A stretch of 64,000 nucleotides of DNA from Phaeosaccion multiseriatum (taxonomy: Eukaryota > Protista > Ochrophyta, other classes): contig OZ218952.1 in assembly GCA_965112735.1 (NCBI GenBank), positions 2,170,001 through 2,234,000 on the forward strand. Direction: 5' to 3'. Within the stretch, counting starts at the first letter, position 1; each line of letters begins with the position of its first letter. The notes beneath the pieces are model-generated. The model saw only the letters and a list, made by a program, of their open reading frames with translations. It was not told the origin of the DNA and did no database searches. Shown here piece by piece: positions 25,489-35,600 of this stretch. A program made the translations under genes and the position numbers.

Positions 25489-25834
25489 GGCTCACCACTA
25501 CACTTGTGCGCTTTCCCACCTCCTGCTTCTCCCCTCCTCTACTTGTCGAGGCCAGCTCGCATTCAACAGAAGAGATCGACCACTCTTTCTTCCACCAATC
25601 GAGGGTAGCTCCAATCCCGCAAGTATGGGCAGGAAGTACCTCGAGGCCAGCCCCTCGCAAGAGATTGGTATTTCTACGGTTTCGCCAGTTCAAGTTTGTG
25701 AGGGGCACCACCAGTTGTGAGCAACATATCACCAACACGCTCATAATTTGGTACCATTGTTGTACTCGCCCCTCATTTGCTCCTCTCGCTTCCTCCTTCA
25801 GTCTTGCACAGTTTCCGAAAGAGATAAGAGCACG

Positions 25835-27234
25835 ATGAGGGGGCGCGTATTGTCCTGCATAGCTGCGGCGCTGTCGACGTCCTCTCCTGCTCTGCTTCTC
25901 GGAGGGAGCAGTGGCGTGAGGCACGTAAGCGCCTTCGTCCTCACTCCCGCGGCCTCTGGCAAAACGACTCCATTCGGCAGGTGAGGCAGCCTGGCGGTGC
26001 TAGTAATGAACCCGGAGCTGTGGGTCTAAGAGGTGTCGCTGATGTGTGTCGGAGTCGTTGACGTGTACCGGAGCAACTGACGTTATGAGGGCAATAGTGC
26101 CGACCAGTGCCGATAGAGTGAGCTGTGTAGGTGGTTTGACTTACACGCACTCCGCGCTCAGTGCCACCTCGGAGAAAGCCACCACTTGACAGCACCTGTT
26201 TGCCCTCCCAACCTTCATGAATTCGCTGCTCTATTGCAGCAACACATCACGGTCATGGCGTGGGCAGCAGAAGCAAATGCGAGTGCTTCACATGTCGTCA
26301 GAAGCGGGTGAGGCGGAGGAGGGGGAGGCCGAGGCGCCTCCAGGAGCTCTGACTGAGTTGGCTCGCCTAGACATCCGCGTAGGGAAGATAGTGGAGGTAA
26401 GAAAACGCACCAAGGCAGGGGTCCGAAGCCGTTGGAATAGCTCCGACCAGCGCATATCGCGCCGTCCATGGCAGGTACTGCGAGCACTCACGCGCTCCTC
26501 TGCGTTCCCATGTCTTTTCGCATGCTTTGTGTGGCCCTCCTCTTGCCCACGCCGCAGATCGACAACCACCCCGACGCCGACGGGCTCTACGTGGAGAAGG
26601 TTGACGTGGGGGAAGAGGAGCCGCGCACCATTGTCAGTGGCCTCGTCAACTTCTGCGCCAAGGAGGACCTCCTCAACAAGTGCGTAGGCCTTTGGACGGG
26701 GGTGGGCCGTGGGTGGGTGCGCACAGAGGTGAAAGCATGTGAAGGGGTCGGAAGAGGAGCGAGGCAAGGGCTACCACCTATCCTCTGTCGTACGCCGTTG
26801 GGGCTTGGCTTGACCTCACACAATGCGTTGGCTCGGTTGATTCTTCAGCAAGTGGGAGAGAGAGGCTTCGTGCTCGGCTCTCGCTTCTGAGAAACCGCAA
26901 AGATGGTTAACCCCCTTGCTTTGCACCCTCTCTGCCTCTTCGCTTGTTGTCCAGGGACGTGGTCGTGCTGTGCAATCTGAAGCCCGTCAACATGCGAGTA
27001 AGTTGATGAAAAAGCGGAGGACTGAGAGGCGTGTGCAACTCCTGCCCCCATCTCTCTCTCTCTCTCTCTTGCTGCTGCTACCCCTTGTGTTGAGCCTCTC
27101 ACTTGCGTCTGAGTTCTTCCCCGGAGCTCTTCCTTTTGTGCTGTAGCGTCTCTTTCCTGCTTGCTGCTACCCCTCCTTGACCCTGACTCATGTGGCCCCC
27201 TCCCGCTGCTCCTACCTCTCTGACGACCTTCCCT

Positions 27235-27269
<35 letters not shown>

Positions 27270-28084
27270 GCATCTCATCATCGGGCATGCTCCTCTGCTC
27301 CTCCAACGAGGAGCACACCGAAGTTGCCCCTCTGGCGGTACCGAGTGGCTGCCCCGCAGGGGAGGAGGTCACCTTCGAGGGACACCTCAAGGTAGGCTTG
27401 CTACATCATGTCGATTGATTGTCGATTGAGTATGGTGCCCATAGGTCATAGTTGTGTCTACATCACGTCCAGTCGCGGCGGGCCCATGACAGGAGGGCTC
27501 GGGAGTTGGTCTTTCTCTTTGGGCTTGACGACTCAAGAGGAGGCCCTGCTTCTGTGCTTCTCTAATTCTTTTTGTGCCTCTTTCGACACCCTGGGGCTCT
27601 GCTGAAATCGACAACCCAACCCTCTCGCTTGCTTCTCTAATGCTTTTGTGCCTCTTTCGACACCCTGGGGCTCTGCTGAAATCGACAACCCAACCCTCTC
27701 GCCCTCCTCAACGCCTCTCTGCCTCATTAGGGAGGCTCTTTGGATGCGGGCAATCGCGCAGTCAAGGCATGGAAGAAGGTTGCCAAGTGCGTCAAGGTCA
27801 ACGACGACATGCAGGTACGAGTACAGGCGTGAGACTGACCATTGCTACACACGCACCCTCCTCCGTCCCCTACCCGCCCCCCCCTCCTCCCACCCTGCTC
27901 TGACTCCGCTCGCGTCTCGTGCTGTGCCCCCCTTCCCCTCCCCCTCCCTCCTGCTTGCGGTGCTCTTCATTCCCTCTGGGTGTCCGTTCACGCTCAGGCT
28001 TCTTTCGTGGATGAGGCGCTGCCCGCAGTCTTCACCACCTCTAAGGGGCCCATCACTGCCAGCATCAAGGGAAACATCGCCTAA
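25835..28084 (+). CDS. tRNA-binding OB-fold (Myf/Trbp111/EMAP-II/Arc1 C-terminal type) protein with predicted bipartite plastid presequence
   Basis: Exons 25835-25980, 26240-26396, ~26558-26680, ~26955-26997, 27269-27391, 27731-27814 and ~27998-28084. Motifs: [61 protein letters not shown] hydrophobic N-terminal stretch is followed by VSA-FVLTP. Confidence 0.88.
27570..27703. repeat. Intronic direct duplication, ~59-nt unit, 74-nt spacing
   Basis: 'ttttgtgcctctttcgacaccctggggctctgctgaaatcgacaacccaaccctctcgc' occurs twice. Confidence 0.9.
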
Positions 28085-28653
28085 GGAGGTTGGGTGTCCC
28101 TCCAAAGGAGGACAGACCGTACCCCCCGTCGCACGCCGCACCCTTTTGGAAGGAGTACTCACATATTATAGTAAAGAAAAGCTACAAGTTGGAAGTAACA
28201 AGCCAACTGTGAACTACAGGGTTCCGACAGAAAAGGAAAAGGGGGAGAGAATGGTATTAGACTCCTGTTCTGTGGACGCGCCTTCTGCGACCACACTGTG
28301 ATGACATGGCCTGCAACTTGCAGTCAATCATGCCACGCTTATCTTCCCCCCCTCGGGGACTAGGGGCACAACTAGTGCTCACAACCAGATTAACAGACCA
28401 GAATGGACATGCAACATCCCTTTCTGCCGCAAGTTATCATCGACTATGGACTCGAGGTAACGTTACACTATCCAGTGTCGCCCTGCCCTCTTCGGTTCCA
28501 TTGCTTGCCCTCTGTTTGTCATTCGCCTCGTCCACTGGCGTCTCACGAGCCTCAAACTCCCCATTCCTGCACGCTGTCAAGCACGCTGTCAACTGACCGT
28601 AGTCGCATCGTTTTGCCCCAGTCTTTGCTAGTCTCACACGACTGCCGACTGAC

Positions 28654-28747
28654 GCATACACACACTATCTCTACCTATTTACCTCTCCGTCGCTGGATGT
28701 AGATGATGCGAAGGAGAGGTAGGTAGGTAGAGATAGTGTGTGTATGC
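28654..28747 (+). ncRNA. Candidate pre-miRNA-like hairpin (35-bp arms, extendable to ~39 bp)
   Basis: Arm 28654-28688 is the reverse complement of arm 28713-28747 except at two positions, which form U-G pairs on the + strand. Expression is not shown. Confidence 0.45.
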
Positions 28748-28929
28748 CTCGCCCATGGGAGGTCTCGTATTGTCCTTCAGTGCAGTCCACGCGCGTAGGC
28801 CGTCGTTGCGAATGCTGGTGCCATCATTACACACTTTCGCCTTTCCGTTCCGTTCTTCTCATCCGACTTAAAATCATGGGGCACAGAGCACAGAGCTCAC
28901 GTGCCCGACATGTTCGCCTTGCTGCTGTT

Positions 28930-29165
28930 TCCTTGTGGGCTTTCTCTGCCTCCTCCCTGCTCTTGGCCTTGAGGAGGACCTCCTTTACGGGGCGCTTCGG
29001 GTTGTGCTTGCAGGCGAAGCCCTTGCTTGGCAAGAATTCATAAGCCATTCTTAAGCCATTCTTGCCGAGCAAGGGCTTCAAATGCGAGGACAACCCGAAG
29101 TGCCCCGTAAAGGAGGTCCTCCTCAAGGCCAAGAGCAGGGAGGAGGCAGAGAAAGCCCACAAGGA
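28930..29165 (+). repeat. Long inverted repeat (108-bp arms, 20-nt loop), candidate hairpin RNA
   Basis: 28930-29037 pairs with 29058-29165. The outer 64 bp are perfect; the rest has 3 G-U pairs and 4 mismatches. Confidence 0.9.
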
Positions 29166-29656
29166 CTCATTGCATAACGCTGACGGCTTATTCAAACAGA
29201 CCGCCTCCTCCTCCTCCTTCTCCTCCTCCCCCTCCCCCTCCTCCTTCTCCTCCTTCTCCTCTATCTCCTCCTCCTTCTCCTCCTTCTCCTCCTTCTCCTC
29301 TATCTCCTCCTTCTCCTCCTCCTCCGTTGCTGCTGCTCATGACTCCGACGAAGTAAGTACGGAGCTTGTTCCGCCCCTTTTCGGAGCTGGACAGAGACCT
29401 TATCGAGGCACTCGAAGGACGTGCTGCGCCAGCCGTGGTCGACGAGGGAGGGGAGCGTCTCGTGGGCCACGAATAGATCAGATCCCCCTGTTGTTGATGT
29501 TTGGATTATGGCTCTGAGGGGGGGGGGTCCGGGCCAACTATATGTCAAGGAAAGTCGGTGTCGATTTTCTCAAGAAGGCGCCCCCTGCTTGGCACCAACT
29601 CCGCTGTCAAATCCACCACACAACAAGAGCGAGAGGGTAGGTTGTTTGTTGCAGCC

Positions 29657-31438
29657 ATGTCTCTCGCCTTCTTGGCCAAGAAGAGTTGGCACACTGCCAC
29701 GCTCCGCAATCAGGAGAAGGTCTGGATCAATGAGCAGAAGGATGAAGCGGAGCAAGCCCGCATCCGCGAGCTGCAAAAGCAGGTGGCCGAGGAGCGGGAG
29801 GTGGACGAGCTGCGGGAGATGTCGCGCCAGGGGGGTCATGCACCTAAGCGAGCGGAGAAGGTTAACTGGATGTATGAGGTAAGCGGAAGACTCTTTGTTC
29901 CTCTCCTCTCCATTACCTGTGTCTAGCACCCACGCTTACACTAGCACATGCTGCTGCCGTTGCTGTTTCCCGCGTTCCTCTCTTGAACCCCCACTACTAT
30001 ACAGGGTCCCATGCAGCAACAGCAGGAGCTCGAAAAGCAGCTGCAGGACGAACACATGCTGGGCAAAAAATACGAAGCCAAAGCCGAGGGAGTCAATGAC
30101 CTCAAGGCCAGCCAGGAGGCCAACGGCAGCATGCTGGCCCAGAAGAAGGTCACGTCTGCCAATGAGAACTTTCGGCGGTTACACGAAGACCCCATGCTGC
30201 AGATGCGGCAAGCTGAGCTGCAGGCCAGGTCCGCCATTGTCAGCAACCCCATCAAGATGGGCAGGATACACGCGGAGATGAATGCCAAGGTGCAGGAGGG
30301 AGGAGGAGGGTTGAGCGCGAGTAGCAAGAAGAAGAAGGAAGCCAAGAAGGCCAAGAAGGCCGCCAAGAAGGAGAAGAAGAGGGAGAAGAAGGACAAGAAG
30401 AAGAGGAGAAGGAAGGAGAAGGAGAGGGAGAGGGAGGTGGGGGAGACCGACCGGGGGGAAAGTCGAGGGAAGGGTGATGGGCAACGGCACAGGAGAAGCG
30501 GATACTCCAGTAGAGATGGAGGGGGGGAGAGCAAACGACGCGACGACAGGCGAAGGAGACACGACTCCGAGGAAGGGGAGGATGGTGGATATGGGAGGAC
30601 TAACGAAAGCCGCCACTCACTGGACAAGGGCAGTGGTCATGGAAGCGGCAGAGGGCGCGACAGGGGCAGGAAGAGAAGCCGGAGCCGGTCCGAGTCTCGT
30701 TCGTCTTCGTCCTCCTCTGGCGGTGGGGGAAGCGTCAGTGGGAGTAGCAGGAGCAGGAGCAGGAGCAGGGGCAGTGGCAGGGGCAGGCCGAGTAGAAGTG
30801 GGGGTGAGGAAGAAAGGAGCAGGGGAAGGGGTGCAGACGGGCATGGAGGGAAGGGGGGAGACTCAGGCGGCAGCACTAGAAGGCGGCGACGCTTTAGCAG
30901 TAAGAGCCCTTCCGGCAGGAGCTCGAGTGGACACATGGGCGGGGGGGGGGGGGGCAATGGTGGAGCAGCAGACACGACGGCCGCTGGCAATGGCAAGAAG
31001 TACGGCCTGTTGGGTGGTGAGAAGACCTCCCTTGGCGTACAGGACCTGGGGCCCGATAGCAAGCTTCTCCAGGCCAAGGAGCAGGAGGAGAAGGCCCGGG
31101 AGGAAGAGCGGAGGAGGGCGCGCAAGCGGAGTGGGCCCTTGTCGGCAGAAGAGAAGGACCGGAGGCGGAGGGAGATGGAGAAGGATGCGCAGGAGAGGCA
31201 GACGCACCTCAAGGAGATGATCAAGGTTGGCAAGGATAAGATTATCAAGAGTAAAGGGTATTATGATGATGAGGGGGAGGCGGGGGCGGGTGCATCTGGC
31301 AAGGGGAAGGGGGAGGAGGCGGCGTTCCTTACGGACATCAACAAGAAAGTGTATGACGGGGGCATGGGGCTGGAGGAGCGCATGGGAAGGAACAAACACA
31401 CGCGGCAGAGGGGCGCAGACGCCACCAACTTTCTCTGA
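29657..31438 (+). CDS. CWC25: Pre-mRNA splicing factor CWC25
   Basis: N-terminal MSLAFLAKKSWHTATLRNQEKVW, then KVNWMYE|GP across intron 29879-30004, RLHEDPMLQM and IVSNPIKM. The middle is RS-rich and the C-terminus is LEERMGRNKHTRQR. Confidence 0.92.
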
Positions 31439-32559
31439 GTGGCCGGGGAGGGGTTTATTTATTGACTTACTAGGAGTCACCTTAGGCCAGGGAGGGGAGA
31501 AGGGAGAGGAGGCGAAGTGGCGGATGACAGGCGGAAAGCGAGGGTGGGGAGCAGCACGCGTCTACGGGACCGCAGCAGCAGGGGGGGGAGGAAGGCGATG
31601 ATGATTTCATACGTCAGACTACCATGCAATCTCTGGGGCGTAGGTCGAAGGGGGCATGTTAAGAAGCTCGCAGGTTGGATGAAGTGACAGAAAGAAGCTG
31701 AAAGGCGCTCACTATGGAACAATTGTGTGCAACACGATTGATTGGGTGCAGATTGGCGAGCACCTGAGTTAACAGCTGAGATTGAAACGGGAAGGTGTGT
31801 GCCCTCCTCCTCGACCTCGTGATTGCGTATAATATCTCAAAACGCCTCGGCACACTGCAGCAGCCAGCGAGACCCGCGAGGAGCAGCAACCCCCACTACG
31901 CCAACACCCAACTACGACCCCGAGGTATTGCGCCTCACCACCATCGCCATCGAGACCCATGAACGACTCCGCGCACTGGCACAATCCCTCCTACATGCCC
32001 TAGCCGAGCACGGCGTCTCCCCCACCGAGTGCACCGCACCGGCTCTTTCCCCACCAAGGGCCACAGACGGGGCCATGTCCTCTCCACACTTCTCATCAGT
32101 CACATGTGTTCCTGGGACTGTTCAACCACGGCGCCGGACCAGCGCTCCCTCGGTCAGGAGGGAGAGTAAAAAGGGCCCGACGAGGGGGGGGGTCGAAACT
32201 CGAAACACGCACGCACACGCCTGTAGGTCAACGCGTTGGGAAGAAACAGGGCTGTTTTTTCCTAATGGTCAATGAAGCATAAGGATGAACACAGTCTTTA
32301 CCCCAATGAATGAACGGATGACATGATCAACATGCATGAAGTGCCTCGCTCGACGCACCATCGAGCACCAAGCATTCACAATTGGCGACGATGGACACAC
32401 TGAAGAGTATTACCAACGCTTACCCTCTCCTTTCTTTGGATCCGTTCTGTTCCTGTTTTTTCGATATCTTTTTTCCCTGCCCTGTCCCCTGAGACACACA
32501 CACACCCTGAGGTGGCTGTGGTTGCCACGGTGGCACAGACAGCTTGGCTTTTAGCTGAG

Positions 32560-34827
32560 ATGACGGGTTCTCCCCTCTCTGTGCTGCTTGCTACGCCGGC
32601 GACGTTAGTGTGCGCCATTCCTTCGCTGCTGTTTGGTTATGGACTCGGCTGCCTCAACGCTTTCGTGGGCTGTGTGCCAGGGGATAGAGTACAGGAAGGC
32701 GGGGTGGACCAGTCACTCGCATGCCCCTTGGGCTCAGTCTCCATGGACCTTGGCCTCACCACCCACGCGGAGGAGCTGGCAAATGGCGTCTTTCTCCTTG
32801 GTACGATAGACACGGCGCCATGTACACCTGTTTAAACCCCTGTGGCCTTTCCTCCGCTGGAACACACCCGTGTCTTGCTTTCTGTCTCTTTAGGATCTTC
32901 CCCTCTCTTCTCCTCCCCCCCCCGGCCTCTATCCCACCCGTAGGCGCATGGATAGGATCTGCTGTGGGCAATAAACCGGCCGAGAAGTACGGCCGACGCC
33001 TCACGCTACTCGGTGCCGCCGTCGTTGCCGTCTTTGGTGGCCTCATCGCCGCCATGGCCACCTCTTCCCACTTGCTCTACCTGGGCAGGACGCTGTGCGG
33101 GCTGCAGGTGGGGATTGCCTCTGCCGTTGTCCCCATTCTACTCGGAGAAATCGCCCTCCCGGAAAACAGAGGCGTTTTCACCAGTGCGCACCAGCTGGCC
33201 ATCAACCTGGGTGTCCTGCTGTCTGCCATCGTGGGCGGCCTGCTGAGCGACGTGTCACACGGGTGGCGCTACGCTCAGACAGTGACGGTTCTCCCCTGTA
33301 TTATGCAGTTCGCGCTGGCCCAGGCATTGCCCGAGTCCCCGCTATGGTTGGCCACACACGGGCAATTTGAGAGCGCGGAGAAGGTGGTGCGTAAGCTCCG
33401 ACCCGCTGGACAGGATATCGGCCTAGAGCTGGCCGAGTTGAGGAGGGGCGCGGGGGCAGCGGCTGGGGCGGCGGGTGGGGGGGGTGGGGAGGGGGGCCCT
33501 CTTTCGGTAGAGGAGCAAGAGCGAGGACAGGGTGCTGCCGATGTTGCTGCTCCCCCGGTCCGGTGGGTAGAGCTGCTGACCATCTGGCCCACAGTGCTGG
33601 TGGGGTGCGTGCTCATGTCCCTGCAGAGCCTCACGGGCATCAACTCGGTGCGTGCTGACCAAAACAAGAGCGAAAGTGGAGGTGGAAGGCAGGCGGATGG
33701 ACCTCTTGGATCTCACTCCTCTGTCTACTCCGTGCCGTGGTTCGGTCATGCACGCGCACAGAATCAGAACAAAGGGGATGATACCATACACTTACTTTTC
33801 AACTCCCCACACCCCCACCTTGCCTGTCTGCCTGCCGTTGTTCCAACAACTCAAAAATCAATGACCTTGCTTACGTTCACTCACAAAGGTGATTCTGTAC
33901 AGCACCGCCATCTTCGCCATGGCGGGCGTTGAGCGGGAGCTGCTGGCCACCCTCCTTGTGGGCTTGACCAACGTCGTCTCCACCATGGCCATCATGAACA
34001 TCGTAGACCGACTAGGCAGGAAGCAGCTCCTCCTCGCCGGCACCACCCTTATGGGGCTATCTCTGGCCACCCTGTCCGGCAGCCTCTTACTGCTAGATGG
34101 GGGCCAAGAAGAAGAAGGAGGAGGAGGAGGAGGAGACATGGATACGGGGGAGGGGGCCTCGCTGCAAGGCTTCCTAGCAGTGTCTGCCATGCTCAGCTTC
34201 CTCGTGGGCTTTCAGCTGGGCTTTGGGGCGGTGGGGTGGGCGGTTCTCGCCGAGCTCACGTCGTTCCGCCTCCGCTCCAAGGCCTTTTCCATCATATTGT
34301 CGTGCAATTGGGCAAGCAATGTGCTCGTGTCCATGACCACCCTCTCTGCCATCAAGTTCTTGGGTGGGAGCGGAGCGGGGACGGAGGGAGGAGGAGGAGG
34401 AGGAGGAGGAGGAGGAGGAGGAGGAGGAGGGGGCTTATCCGAGGAGGAGAGTGCGAAGGAAGCGATGAAGAAGGGCGTGGCACATTTGTATCTCATATTC
34501 ACGGCGCTGTGCGTGTTGACGGTGGTCTTCATCCACGTGTTCGTCAGGGAGACGAGAGGTCAGAGCTCCGTTGAGCAGGAGCCCTCCTCCGCCTCGGCAA
34601 GCAATCGACAACACCACAAAGGCCGCCATCCCCAGCAGCAGCACCTCGAGCTTGTCCCCACATCAGATGCAGGGACAGTTACTGGGGCAGGAGGAGCAGG
34701 TGAAATTACCATGAGGGCCGTGTCCAGCGAGAGGAAGACCCCCCGAGGAGGAGGAGGAGGAGGAGGAGGAGGAGGAGGCGAGGATGACGCAAAGCAAGCC
34801 TTACTGAGCAAGGCAACCATCACGTAG
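32560..34827 (+). CDS. MFS sugar porter family transporter
   Basis: Exons 32560-32800, 32944-33647 and 33889-34827. Motifs: LLFGYGLG, AEKYGRR, GRTLCGLQVG, EIALPENRG, LPESP, QSLTGINS|VILYS, VDRLGRK, VLAELTSFRLRSKA, VRETRG. The start codon is tentative. Confidence 0.9.
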
Positions 34828-35320
34828 TGAGCCTGGCTTGGGAGGAGTGCGAGTCGGCGAAGCTCGAATCGAAGTACTGGGACTGACTTGGTAGGAGCGC
34901 GAGACCTAGCAGGCAAGCATTCTGTATAAACATATAGAACAAATCAATGTAGAACTACCCTTCCTTGCCTGCAGTGCCATCCATTGACTGCCATCGTCGT
35001 TCCAGCGCACATCGACTTTCCACTAGAGAGGAGGGGAAGCCCAGGGGGCAGATACGACACACCACTTCGGAGAGTTTGGTCGATATCCGACAGATGATCA
35101 AAGGTTTCGCCCGCGAGCCCTCGGGTTTGTGGTTTTTGGAGATCCAACAAGATACACAGAGTTTGACAGTCAGTGATGTCAGTGATAGCAAGCTATCAGT
35201 CTAAATATAGCGAGTTTTAAGTATTTGCGATAGTGAGACATTTGCGATAGTCCCTTCGTATCGACTTCTGACACTGCTGCTGCAGCTGCAGCTGCTGCTG
35301 CTGCTGCTGCTGCTGTGCTA

Positions 35321-35550
35321 CTACCGGAAGCCTGAAGGGTCGAAGCGCGAACCGAGGGTAGATGCAGCAAATGACAGGGAAGGGAAGGGGGGTGGTGAAG
35401 GGGCGTTCGGACTAGCAGCGGACGAGAGCAGAGGCAAAGAGCAGAGAGAGCGCACAGAGGAGGGAGGGTAGACAAAAAAACGCACACAAAAAGGGTCATA
35501 TGACTCTGTGGTGATCGATCGCATGTTGTGGTGAGACACCTCGTGACCTT

Positions 35551-35600
<50 letters not shown>

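Noticed and set aside
35168-35276. Possible C/D-box snoRNA (GTGATG...CTGA with a short terminal stem, AT-rich)
   Set aside because: Box C is imperfect and I found no recognisable rRNA/snRNA antisense element; it is likely 3'UTR between convergent genes.
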